Shown in pieces: positions 1 through 9,306 of a stretch of DNA of 64,000 nt. The position numbers and the translations under genes were made by a program. The notes under the pieces are model-generated. The model was not told the DNA's origin and did not search any database. It saw only the letters and a program-made list of their open reading frames with translations. Position 1 is the stretch's first letter. Each line of letters begins with the position of its first letter. The stretch lies in assembly GCA_963809895.1 (NCBI GenBank), contig CAWELD010000010.1, positions 128,001-192,000 on the forward strand. Direction: 5' to 3'. The DNA is from an uncultured Gemmatimonadales bacterium. GTDB taxonomy: Bacteria > Gemmatimonadota > Gemmatimonadetes > Longimicrobiales > Gaopeijiaceae.

Positions 1-1452
1 ATCACCACGACGCTGCTGTTGCTCTGCGCCGCCGCGGCCTGCGCCGACGGCTCTCCCGCCAGCCCGGACCAGAGCCCGGAGCCGGAGCCGGATACCGTAG
101 CCGAGCGCATCACCGCCTTCGTCGACGTCAACGTGGTGCCCATGGACGCGGAGCGGGTGGTGGAAGGGCAGACGGTGGTGGTGCATGGCGACACGATCGT
201 GGCCATGGGTCCGGTGGGATCGGTTCAGGTTCCTGAAGGAGCGCAGATCGTCGACGGTGCCGGCCGTTGGCTCATGCCGGGGCTGACCGACATGCACACG
301 CACCTGGGGGTGAACTGGGCCGAGTTCACGAACCAGCGGCCGCCGGATGCAGGTCTCCAGGAGATGGCCGAGGGCCAGATGCTCCTGTACCTGGCCAACG
401 GCGTCACCACCATCTTCGACATGGGCAGGTTCGGGGCGCCGATCCTGCGCTGGAGGAGCGAGGTGATCGAGGGCCGCTATCCCGGTCCCACCATCTACGC
501 GGCGCGCTGGCTGCGGGGCCCCCCGGGGACGCCCGACGGGGGCCCGTCCTACGACGCGCCCACGACCGCTGCGGCCGCCCGGCAGTTCGTCCGCGAGACG
601 GTCGATGAGGGCTACCATCTCCTGAAGCTCTACAACTGGCCCTCGAGAGAGGTCGTGCTGGCGGCCATGGACGAGGCCGGCGCACAGGACCTGGCGATCG
701 GCGGTCACTTTCCCCAGACCCTGCCCACGGCCGAGGTCCTGGGGTCGGGCATGAACCTGGTGGCCCACGCCGAGGCGTACCTGTGGACGTACTTCGACAA
801 CGCGGTCCACGACGAGCGGGTGCCCGACGCCGTCGACATGACCCGGAACGCCGATGCATGGGTGACCACCACTCTCGACGTGACGAAGTGGGAGGCCGCC
901 GTCTGGGGCGGCAATCAGGTGGGGATCAACGCCTTCTGGGCGCTCCCCGAGGTCCGGTACATGCACTTCACGGAGGTCGGGCTGCATCGGGAGGGGCTCG
1001 AGGGCACGCGCTGGAACCCGCCGGGTGCCCAGCCCGGGGGCTACGACGCACGCTACCGATTCGTGCTGCGCTACACCGGGGCCCTGTACGACGCCGGCGT
1101 GCGACTGCTCATCGGCACCGACTCGCCCACGGTCCTGGGGGCGGCGGGATTCTCGCTCCACCGGGAGCTGGCCACGGTCCAGGACGAGTTGGGCCTGAGC
1201 CCCTACCAGGTCCTGCGACTGGCCACCCGGAATCCCGGTGACTTCGTGGAGGAGTACGTGCCGGCGGCGACCCGCTTCGGGCGCGTGGAAGTGGGCCGCC
1301 GGGCCGATCTCCTGCTCCTGGAGGCCAATCCCCTGGAATCCCTGGAGAACGTGAAGCGCCGGGTGGCGGTCATGGCCCGGGGCAGGCTCTACTCGGAGGC
1401 CGAGCTCCAGGCGGGGATCGAGGAGTTGGCGGCGCGCTACGACGGGGGCTGA
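1..1452 (+). CDS. Amidohydrolase family protein, probable lipoprotein (5' end lies before the window)
   Basis: Frame open from base 1; hydrophobic stretch with lipobox-like AAAC; motifs PGLTDMHTH, GVTT, GTD and GRRADLLLL. Confidence 0.85.
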   Translation: MTTTLLLLCAAAACADGSPASPDQSPEPEPDTVAERITAFVDVNVVPMDAERVVEGQTVVVHGDTIVAMGPVGSVQVPEGAQIVDGAGRWLMPGLTDMHTHLGVNWAEFTNQRPPDAGLQEMAEGQMLLYLANGVTTIFDMGRFGAPILRWRSEVIEGRYPGPTIYAARWLRGPPGTPDGGPSYDAPTTAAAARQFVRETVDEGYHLLKLYNWPSREVVLAAMDEAGAQDLAIGGHFPQTLPTAEVLGSGMNLVAHAEAYLWTYFDNAVHDERVPDAVDMTRNADAWVTTTLDVTKWEAAVWGGNQVGINAFWALPEVRYMHFTEVGLHREGLEGTRWNPPGAQPGGYDARYRFVLRYTGALYDAGVRLLIGTDSPTVLGAAGFSLHRELATVQDELGLSPYQVLRLATRNPGDFVEEYVPAATRFGRVEVGRRADLLLLEANPLESLENVKRRVAVMARGRLYSEAELQAGIEELAARYDGG

Positions 1453-1462
1453 AGACAAGGAC

Positions 1463-1480
1463 GCGTTTCAGCTGAAACGC
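1463..1480. repeat. Perfect 18-bp palindrome GCGTTTCAGCTGAAACGC between convergent genes (terminator hairpin or protein-binding site)
   Basis: Self-complementary sequence read directly; lies in the 34-bp gap between two convergent stops. Confidence 0.7.
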
Positions 1481-1486
1481 TCTCAC

Positions 1487-2353
1487 TCACCCCAGAAACC
1501 CCGCCACCCCGTCTGCCGCCTCCGCGGGCCGGTCCTCGGGCCAGTAGTGCCTGGCATCCAGCCGTCGCACGGTGACGTTGGTGAAGACGTCGCGGAACCG
1601 TCCGATGAAACGGGCCGGGTACATGAGGTCGTGCACGCCCCACAGCAGCAACAACGGCACGTCCACGAGCTGCGCCCGCACCGCGTCTTCCAGGTCGCCG
1701 AGCCATGCGGCGGCGGCCAGCAGTTGCTTCGGAAACTCCGCGGCGCCTCGGCGTGCGCCTGGGCTGGGTTGGGCCTCGCGGTAGTGGTCCCAGACCTCGG
1801 GCGCCATGGGGAGCAGCACGCCGCGGGGCATGATCCGCTCGACGAAGAGGTTCCGGTCCAGGAGCATCTTCTGCATGGGCATGCTGCCCATGAGGTAGCT
1901 GAAGGCCTTGATATGCCAGTCGCTGACCGGCCAGAACCAGGTGTTGCCCAGGACGAGGCGGCTCAGACGGGCCTGCTCGTCGGCGGCGACGCGCAATCCG
2001 ATGGGCCCGCCCCAGTCGTGGCCCACGATGGTGAGATCCTCGAGATCCAGGTGCCGCACGAACTCCCCCACGACCTCGGCGTGTTCGCCGGGGGTGTAGC
2101 CGAAGGCCGCGGGGCGCTCCGAGAGCCCGAAGCCCGGCAGGTCCAGTGCGATGCAGCGGAAGCGCTTCTGCAGGCGGATCACCATCCCCCGCCACAGGAA
2201 GCTCCAGGTGGGATTCCCGTGCAGGAACAGAATGGGCGGGCCGTTGCCCCGGCCCTCTGCGATGTAGTGGATGCGCCCGACGGAGCTGTCGAACCACCGG
2301 GACTCGAAGGGAAAAAGCTGGGAGTCGGGTACGAAGGGCGGGACCCAGGTCAT
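1487..2353 (-). CDS. Alpha/beta-fold hydrolase, haloalkane dehalogenase-like
   Basis: HGNPTWSFLW, DLPGFGLS, nucleophile motif GHDWGG, C-terminal HYWPED; ATG at 2353 overlaps the upstream stop. Confidence 0.88.
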   Translation of the reverse strand: MTWVPPFVPDSQLFPFESRWFDSSVGRIHYIAEGRGNGPPILFLHGNPTWSFLWRGMVIRLQKRFRCIALDLPGFGLSERPAAFGYTPGEHAEVVGEFVRHLDLEDLTIVGHDWGGPIGLRVAADEQARLSRLVLGNTWFWPVSDWHIKAFSYLMGSMPMQKMLLDRNLFVERIMPRGVLLPMAPEVWDHYREAQPSPGARRGAAEFPKQLLAAAAWLGDLEDAVRAQLVDVPLLLLWGVHDLMYPARFIGRFRDVFTNVTVRRLDARHYWPEDRPAEAADGVAGFLG

Positions 2354-2928
2354 GCGGCGGCCGCCCGCCGTACGTATCCCCCGGCGCTCACCAGGGCGGC
2401 GCCGCCGGCCAGGGCCGAGGCCACCAGGAGCACCGTCCCACTGACGTCCGCCGTCGCACCCAGGAGCACCAGATACACCAGGAGCGTCGCCACCCTGCCG
2501 TGGAACTCGTGCTCCACGTTCACCGGGCGACCGGCCCGCTTCATGGCCAGCGATCCCCCGCCCAGCACCAGGTCCCGGAGCAGCACGCATCCCAGGAGCC
2601 AATACGGGAGCTGCGGGAACCCGGGAGGCCCCAGGAGCGTCAGCGCCACCAGCGCCGACACCTGCGTGAACTTGTCGGCCACGGCATCGACGATGGCGCC
2701 GAAGTGCGAGGTGGCGTTCATCGACCGGGCGAGATACCCGTCGAGGACGTCGGTGGCGCCGCTCAGAAAGAGAATCATAAGGGCCACCGCGCGCACCCCC
2801 GAGACGTCGAGCCCCAGCGCCGCCCGGCGCCCGAGCTCCCACACCGCCATGACGAAGGCGGGCACCATGAGGAGCCTCAGCAGGCTGAGGGCGTTGGGGA
2901 GCCAGGCCAGCGGGTGACGTGGGCTCAC
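2350..2928 (-). CDS. CDP-alcohol phosphatidyltransferase (PgsA/Cls-like)
   Basis: PNALSLLR; signature DVLDGYLAR..GAIVDAVADK. Confidence 0.9.
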   Translation of the reverse strand: MSPRHPLAWLPNALSLLRLLMVPAFVMAVWELGRRAALGLDVSGVRAVALMILFLSGATDVLDGYLARSMNATSHFGAIVDAVADKFTQVSALVALTLLGPPGFPQLPYWLLGCVLLRDLVLGGGSLAMKRAGRPVNVEHEFHGRVATLLVYLVLLGATADVSGTVLLVASALAGGAALVSAGGYVRRAAAA

Positions 2929-2978
2929 CGGCGTGGACGCCTCCGGGCCAGCGAGAGGGTACTCGAGTGCTCAGGTGC

Positions 2979-5123
2979 TCAGACGGTGGCGAGTCGTTTC
3001 GGGGTGGCCCGCTCGATCTTCTGGCCCGGCATCCAGCGGGTCACGTAGCCGGCCACGGCGCTGGCGGCCACCGAATAGGGCGACACCAGGTAGAGCTGTC
3101 CGGGACCGCTCCGGCCGGGGAAGTTCCGGTTCTGCGAGCTCACGCTCACCTCGTCGGGGTCCCGCGTGATGCCGGGCCCCGCGTTGATGCAGGCGCCGCA
3201 GCCGGGCTCGATGAAGGTGGCGCCGATGGCCTCGAACAGCTCCAGGTAGCCCTTCTCTCGACAGTACTCGCGCACCTCGATGGAGCCGCACTGGATGAAG
3301 CACTCCACATCGGGGTGCACGCCCAGGCCCCACTCCTCGCGGGCCTCGCGGAAGACGCGGGCGTACATGTCCATGTCCTCCTTCTTGCCCGCGGTGCACG
3401 AGCCGGCGTAGGCGATGTCGATGCGCACGCGGTCCCGCTCCAAGTCCTCGATGAGGACGCCGTTGCCGGGATCACCGGGGAGCGCAGCCATGGGATGAAT
3501 GGCCGAGGCATCGATCTCGATGACCTTCACGTACTCGGCGCCCTCGTCGGATTGCATGTCGCGCACCAGCGCCCGGGCCCGGGCCTCGTCCATGCCGCGC
3601 TCGGCCACCAGGTACTCCACCGTGCGCTCGTCGGCGGCCACGATGCCCGTGAAGGCGCCCACCTCGGCGGCCATGTTGGTCATGGTGGCCCGCTCGTCCA
3701 CCGACAGCGCCTCCACGGCGGGGCCGGCGTACTCGATGATCTGGCCGATGGCGTGGCCGTCGCGGATGTAGGGATGCCGGAGGATCTCCAGCATGTAGTC
3801 CTTGGCCGTGACGTTGGGCCGGGGCGTGCCGGAGATCACCACCTTGAAGCTCCTGGGCACCCGCACGCGCACGTCGCGGGTGATCCACGAGTTGAAGATG
3901 GCCGTGGTGCCGACCCCGAAGGCCACGCAGCCGATGGCGCCGGCGTGGGGCGTGTGCGAGTCGGAGCCGATGATGAGCATGCCCGGCTCGGCGTACTCCT
4001 CGAGGATCTTCGAGTGGCAGATCGCCTCGGAGCCCATGACGTGCCCTTTCTGCTCGCCGTAGAGCCGGATACCCTGGCGTTCGGCGAACTCCCGCTGCTT
4101 GACCTCGAGCTGGTTGGCCACGTCCAGCAGCCCTTCCTCGATGCGTTCCTGGCTCATGGCCTTGTGCAGGAAGGTCAGGTGGTCGCGGAAGAAGAGCACG
4201 CTGTCGGGCTCCGCCACGCGCCCGTCCGCGCCCACCTTCTGCTCGAAGAAGATGGCGCTCATGGGCGTCACGTATTCATGGCTGAAACGCACGTCGGTCT
4301 GAAAGAAGCCGGCCTCGCCGGGCTTCACCCAGGGCACGCCAACGTCGCCCTCGGCGGCATCCACCACCCAGTGCCGGGCGAAGATCTTCTCGGCCACGGT
4401 CATGGGGCGGGTGCCGTTCGCCCCGGGTTCCGGAGCCTCGGGCGCCTCGTCGTCGTCGTCGGCGCCGGGGAGCCCTCCCCCGAGAGACGAGGGCAGCGGC
4501 ACCAGCGCCTTGCCCTGCAGCCGGGCCAGGTTGAACTCGAAGAGCCCGCCGTACTCGATGATCTGGCGGGTGATCTCGTCCTTGCCCTCGGTGAAGACCG
4601 ACAGCGGGATCTCCTCGCCCGACTCGATGCGCGCGATGAGGCCGAAGTCGGTGGTGGTGAGGATGCCCAGGTTCTGGCAGTTCTCGTTGTAGATGCGCTC
4701 GATGCTCTCGCCCACGACCACGCGGATGCCGGCCATGAGCTCGGCGTAGGGGCTCTGCTCGCGGCTGCTCCCCTTGCCCCGGCGCTTGCCCGCCACCGAG
4801 CACACGAATCCCCCGTCCTTCACCGAGCTGCGCTTCACCGGGAACTGTGCCTCGCCGCTCTCCGGGTCCGTGGCGCGCAGGCCCAGATACGGGAACTCGC
4901 CCAGCGTCTCATCGAAGAAGTAGCAGATGTAGGCCGGGGTGATCTCGTCGGTGGAGATCTGGTCCCTGAGCTTTGCCTTCAGCTCGTCGGTGAGCTCCAG
5001 GTCTTCACCCTCGTAGAGCTGGCGCCGCATGAGCTCGGCGTCGTCCACGAGATAGAGGATGCGTCCATCGAAGCGGAGGGTATCGGGGCGCTTCTCGAGA
5101 GGGCGCCGCTTGAGATCGTCCAT
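2979..5123 (-). CDS. Aconitase-family [4Fe-4S] hydratase/isomerase, single chain with N-terminal LeuD-like swivel domain and C-terminal LeuC-like domains
   Basis: DQISTDEITP and GKGSSREQSP (swivel); GSDSHT, GSCTAG, PGCGAC and SQNRNFPGRSG (large subunit). Confidence 0.9.
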   Translation of the reverse strand: MDDLKRRPLEKRPDTLRFDGRILYLVDDAELMRRQLYEGEDLELTDELKAKLRDQISTDEITPAYICYFFDETLGEFPYLGLRATDPESGEAQFPVKRSSVKDGGFVCSVAGKRRGKGSSREQSPYAELMAGIRVVVGESIERIYNENCQNLGILTTTDFGLIARIESGEEIPLSVFTEGKDEITRQIIEYGGLFEFNLARLQGKALVPLPSSLGGGLPGADDDDEAPEAPEPGANGTRPMTVAEKIFARHWVVDAAEGDVGVPWVKPGEAGFFQTDVRFSHEYVTPMSAIFFEQKVGADGRVAEPDSVLFFRDHLTFLHKAMSQERIEEGLLDVANQLEVKQREFAERQGIRLYGEQKGHVMGSEAICHSKILEEYAEPGMLIIGSDSHTPHAGAIGCVAFGVGTTAIFNSWITRDVRVRVPRSFKVVISGTPRPNVTAKDYMLEILRHPYIRDGHAIGQIIEYAGPAVEALSVDERATMTNMAAEVGAFTGIVAADERTVEYLVAERGMDEARARALVRDMQSDEGAEYVKVIEIDASAIHPMAALPGDPGNGVLIEDLERDRVRIDIAYAGSCTAGKKEDMDMYARVFREAREEWGLGVHPDVECFIQCGSIEVREYCREKGYLELFEAIGATFIEPGCGACINAGPGITRDPDEVSVSSQNRNFPGRSGPGQLYLVSPYSVAASAVAGYVTRWMPGQKIERATPKRLATV

Positions 5124-5366
5124 GAATGGCGTTCGGAGCTTCGGGGAATCGACTGCGAATCCTACCCCGGCGGCTCCACGAGGAGCCGGAAGAACGGTGT
5201 CCGCCGACGTCTCGGGCACCACCCCGGGGGACCGGAAGATGGCGGCCCGCGGCGGGCGGGCACAAGCCGCGGGCAACCCCGGACCCGCCCCTCCGCATCC
5301 CACCCGGGGAAGCATCGCCGGGAGGAGCCCGGCATCGAAAACGTGCGTGCGCAAGGAGGAGGGATC

Positions 5367-6656
5367 GTGAGCCGGATCGTCATGCTGGGCCGCGGCGCGG
5401 CCGCGATGGGGCTGTTGCTGTGGAGCGCGCCGCTGGCGGGGCAGCGGGTCATGGAGCTGCCGAAGCGGGATCAGACCATCGAGCCCGCGGCGGAGGACGT
5501 CTTCAGCGTAGGCACCTTCGACGGCGCCGACTGGGAGACCTTCGGCGAGATCGGGCAGGTGGGATTCGACGCCCAGGGCAACCTCTACATCCTGGACCGG
5601 CAGAACACGCGAGTGGTGGTGGTGGACCGGGACGGCAACTTCGTGCGCCAGTTCGGCAAGGCAGGCGAGGGCCCGGGCGAGCTGCGCTCGGCGGGGAGCA
5701 TGGGCGTCTTGCCTGATGGCTCCGTGGTTATCGCCGACGGCATGCACCGGGCCTACATGCTCTACGAACCCGACGGCGAGTTCAGCCACGAGGTGAGCAT
5801 GGGTGACGGCACCTCCATCAGCTTCGGGCGCCTTCAGCCGGATCCCCGGGGTGGTGCGGTCTTCAACGGCGCCGGGGCGGGCTTCAGCATGCGTATGAGC
5901 TTCGGCGGCGGCGGCGCTTCAGACGAGCCCCCGGGCCGGCCGATCCAGCGCGTGACGTTGGGTGAGGACGGCGCCGTGTCCGACTTCTACACTGCCTGGA
6001 TGCCGCCTCCGGCCGAGGACGACGAGGGTGCCCAGGTCAACATGGGCGGCGAACGGGTCATCCGCATGGGTGCCGGCCCGCGCATCTTCGAGCCCAGCCT
6101 GTACTCGGCCGTGCTCCCCGACGGCGGGTTGGCCGTGGTGGACTCGTCCGCGTACGCAGTCAAGCTGGTCGGACCCGACGGCCACGATCGCGGCCGCATC
6201 ACCCGGGACATCGAGCCGGTCCAGGTCACCAAGCGCATCGAGGAGCGGGAGAAGCAGCGCCAGCTCGACGACATCGAATCGGGCGAGGGACCCCAGATGC
6301 GCATCATGGTGCGTGGCTCCGACGGCTCGGCGCAGAGCCTGGGCCAGGACCGCATCCGCGAGATGCAGAAGCAGCAGCTCGAGAACCGCGGCTTCTATCC
6401 GGAGATCCCGGTGGTGGCCGGCCTCGCCGCCAGTCCCCAGGGCACCATCTGGCTCGAACGCTCCACCGTGAACCCCGACGACGACGGCCCCATCGACCTC
6501 TTCCGGGCCGACGGTACCTACCTGGGCACCATCTCCGACGACGGGCTGCGCATCCCTCAGGCCTTCGGCCCCGACGGCCTGGTGGCGTACGTGGAGCGCG
6601 ACGAGATGGACATCCCCTCGGTCCACGTCATGCGCCTTCCCGCGGAGATCCGGTAG
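5367..6656 (+). CDS. Secreted 6-bladed beta-propeller (NHL-like) protein
   Basis: AAGGAGGA RBS then GTG; signal peptide; FDAQGNLYILD..GKAGEGPGE motif; only the 3' part of the 1245-aa ORF is coding. Confidence 0.8.
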   Translation: MSRIVMLGRGAAAMGLLLWSAPLAGQRVMELPKRDQTIEPAAEDVFSVGTFDGADWETFGEIGQVGFDAQGNLYILDRQNTRVVVVDRDGNFVRQFGKAGEGPGELRSAGSMGVLPDGSVVIADGMHRAYMLYEPDGEFSHEVSMGDGTSISFGRLQPDPRGGAVFNGAGAGFSMRMSFGGGGASDEPPGRPIQRVTLGEDGAVSDFYTAWMPPPAEDDEGAQVNMGGERVIRMGAGPRIFEPSLYSAVLPDGGLAVVDSSAYAVKLVGPDGHDRGRITRDIEPVQVTKRIEEREKQRQLDDIESGEGPQMRIMVRGSDGSAQSLGQDRIREMQKQQLENRGFYPEIPVVAGLAASPQGTIWLERSTVNPDDDGPIDLFRADGTYLGTISDDGLRIPQAFGPDGLVAYVERDEMDIPSVHVMRLPAEIR

Positions 6657-6836
6657 GGCGAACCCGGGTGCGGTTATTCGCGCCTTTGTGCGGGCCGGAC
6701 GGGCGCCGCCGCTTCAGCGCGCCTTGACGTTCCGGCTCCGGAGCCCCCAAATAATCCCCGCTTCACCGAAAGCCGCCGGCCCCCGTGGTCGGCGGTTTTC
6801 CGGATCCTCCAGGCCGGCTCCAGCGAAGGAGAAGCA

Positions 6837-8213
6837 GTGACCGACCCTATCGACGTCGAAGTCCAGAAACACGGCGAAGACTCCATCCAGCGCGAGGTGT
6901 TCGGCACCCGCCTGGGATTCGTGCTGGCGGCCGTGGGCAGCGCCGTGGGATTGGGGAACATGTGGCGCTTCCCCTACCGCGTGTCCGAAGGGGGTGGCGC
7001 GGCGTTCGTGCTCCTCTACGTGGGCATGACGCTCATCGTGGGCATCCCCCTCATGCTGTGTGAGTTCAGCGTGGGACGGCGCACCCGCCTGTCGCCCATC
7101 GGCGCCTTCAAGAAAGAGGGTGGAGGGGCGTGGCCGTTGGTCGGGTTCCTGGGCGTGCTCACCGGCTTCCTGATCCTGTCGTACTATTCGGTGATCGCCG
7201 GTTGGGTGGTGCGCTACGGCATCGAGGGGATTCTCGGGGGATTCCGGGCGGACCCGGGCGCCCACTTCAACGAGGTGACCTCGGGTATCTCGCCCATCAT
7301 CTATCACATCGGCTTCATGGTGGCCACCATCACCATCGTGGCCGTGGGGGTGGAGAAGGGGATCGAGAAGGCGTCGCTGGTCCTGATGCCGCTCCTCTTC
7401 ACCATCGTCCTCGGGCTCGCCATCTGGGCGGCGACGCTGCCGGGGGCCAGCGAGGGCTACTCGTTCTACCTCGCGCCCTCCATGAGCGAGCTCCTGGACC
7501 CCACCACCTTCGCCGAGGCGGCGGGGCAGGCGTTCTTCTCGCTGAGCCTGGGAATGGGGGCCATGCTCACCTTCGCCTCCTACCTGTCGCGCCACGAGAA
7601 CCTGAATCGCGAAGCCACCACCATCGCCTTCAGCGACTTCGCCGTGGCCTTCGTAGCCGGGCTGGTGGTCTTCCCGGTCATCGCGGCGCTGGCCCTCGAG
7701 TCGCAGGTGAGCTCCAGCACGGTGGGCGCGCTCTTCATCGCGCTTCCCGGCGCCTTCAACGAGATGGGCACCATCGGGCGCATCGTGGGCGTGGCCTTCT
7801 TCTTCGCCCTCACGGTGGGCGCCATCACCTCGGCGGTATCGCTGCTCGAGGTGGTGACGGCGTCCATGATCGACGAGTTCAAGATCCATCGGAAGTCGGC
7901 GGCCATCGGCGCCGGCGTGCTCATCGCCCTGGTGGGTTTGATTCCGGCGGAATCGCTGGACGCCCTGGGCGTGCTGGACTCGGTCACCGAGTGGTTCCTG
8001 GCCGTGGGCGCGCTGTGCGTCACGCTCTTCGTGGGATGGCGCATGAAGGATCCCAAGAAGGAGATGCTCGACGGGGCCAGCGGCTTCTTCGCCGCGGTGG
8101 TGCCGGCCATGCTCTTCTTCGTGCGCTTCGTCATGCCGCCGATCATCGCCTTCGTGGTCTTCCATTCGGGCCGGAACGCCTGGAACACGATCAGCACGAC
8201 CTTCGGCCTGTGA
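6837..8213 (+). CDS. Sodium-dependent transporter, NSS/SNF family
   Basis: GSAVGLGNMWRFPY, GGGAAF, GQAFFSLSLG; AAGGAG RBS. Confidence 0.95.
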   Translation: MTDPIDVEVQKHGEDSIQREVFGTRLGFVLAAVGSAVGLGNMWRFPYRVSEGGGAAFVLLYVGMTLIVGIPLMLCEFSVGRRTRLSPIGAFKKEGGGAWPLVGFLGVLTGFLILSYYSVIAGWVVRYGIEGILGGFRADPGAHFNEVTSGISPIIYHIGFMVATITIVAVGVEKGIEKASLVLMPLLFTIVLGLAIWAATLPGASEGYSFYLAPSMSELLDPTTFAEAAGQAFFSLSLGMGAMLTFASYLSRHENLNREATTIAFSDFAVAFVAGLVVFPVIAALALESQVSSSTVGALFIALPGAFNEMGTIGRIVGVAFFFALTVGAITSAVSLLEVVTASMIDEFKIHRKSAAIGAGVLIALVGLIPAESLDALGVLDSVTEWFLAVGALCVTLFVGWRMKDPKKEMLDGASGFFAAVVPAMLFFVRFVMPPIIAFVVFHSGRNAWNTISTTFGL

Positions 8214-8225
8214 GCCACTGAGGCC

Positions 8226-9269
8226 GTGCGTTTCGGGGGATTCGCGGCGTCCGCGGGGGCGCTGCTCCTGGTGCTCGGGGGATGCGGAGGCGGGGATCGC
8301 TCCGCGCCCGCCGACGCCGGGGGCGGCGCCCCGTTCCGTGTGGCGCTCCTGACGGCGGGTCCCGTGAGCGACGCGGGCTGGTACGCCGGCGCCTACGAGG
8401 GGCTGTTGCTCATCCGCGACTCGCTGGGCGCCGAGGTGAGCCACCAGCAGACGCGCACCCCCGCCGAGTTCGACGAGGCGTTCATCTCGTACGCCGGGGC
8501 CGGCTACGATCTCATCTTCGCCCACGGCTTCGAGTATCAGGACGCGGCCATCCGGGCCGGTGAGCAGTTTCCCGACGTCACCATCGTGGTGAGCGGCGGC
8601 GGCCGTGTCTCGGACAACGTGGTCCCCCTCATCTTCACCCTGGAGCAGGCGAGCTACCTCGGCGGCATGGTGGCGGGCGGCATGACCCGCGCGGGGGTCG
8701 TGGGGATGGTGGGTGGTGTGGAGATCCCGCCGGTGCAGGGCACCTTCCGGGCCTTCGAGGCCGGGGTGCACGCGGTTAGGCCCGACGCCCGGGTGCTGGA
8801 GAGCTACATCGGCAACTGGGACGACGTGGCCGCGGCCAAGGAGGCGGCGGTCACCCAGCTCCGACGCGGCGCCGACGTGCTCATCCACAACACCGACGCC
8901 GCCAGCTTCGGGGTCTTCCAGGCGGTACGCGAGGCCACCGAAGCCGGGGACACGGCGTGGGCCATCGGCATGAACCGGGACCAGAACGACGTCGCGCCGG
9001 ACGTGACGCTGGGGAGCGCCGTCATCCGCATTCCCGAGGCGTTCCTGGAGACCGCCGAGCTGTGGCAGGCCGGGGAGCTGGGAGGCGCGCCCATCTACGC
9101 CGGGGCCGCCGATCGAGTGGTGGACTTCGTGGTGAACCCGGCGGTCCGGGACCGCCTCCCTCCGGAGCTGCTGGCTCGCATGCGCGCGGCCGACGACTCC
9201 ATCCGGGCCGGTACCCTCGAGGTGCCCCGCGTGCCCTTTGTGGAGGGCGAGGGAGAGGGCGAGGGCTGA
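8226..9269 (+). CDS. BMP family ABC substrate-binding lipoprotein (nucleoside-type)
   Basis: Lipobox LGGC; GPVSDAGW, YDLIFAHGFEY; operon context. Confidence 0.88.
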   Translation: MRFGGFAASAGALLLVLGGCGGGDRSAPADAGGGAPFRVALLTAGPVSDAGWYAGAYEGLLLIRDSLGAEVSHQQTRTPAEFDEAFISYAGAGYDLIFAHGFEYQDAAIRAGEQFPDVTIVVSGGGRVSDNVVPLIFTLEQASYLGGMVAGGMTRAGVVGMVGGVEIPPVQGTFRAFEAGVHAVRPDARVLESYIGNWDDVAAAKEAAVTQLRRGADVLIHNTDAASFGVFQAVREATEAGDTAWAIGMNRDQNDVAPDVTLGSAVIRIPEAFLETAELWQAGELGGAPIYAGAADRVVDFVVNPAVRDRLPPELLARMRAADDSIRAGTLEVPRVPFVEGEGEGEG

Positions 9270-9306
9270 CAGGACCCGCGCAGCAGGCCGGGGGTAGGCG
9301 GGCCCC

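Noticed and set aside
2919..5366. N-terminal two-thirds of the 1245-aa plus-strand ORF
   Set aside because: Antisense shadow of the aconitase-family gene; the real gene starts at 5367 behind a strong RBS
6724..6755. Sigma70 promoter TTGACG..AATAAT with a GGCTCCGGAGCC palindrome before the NSS transporter
   Set aside because: Spacing of 20 bp is too long, and GC palindromes are common by chance in this DNA
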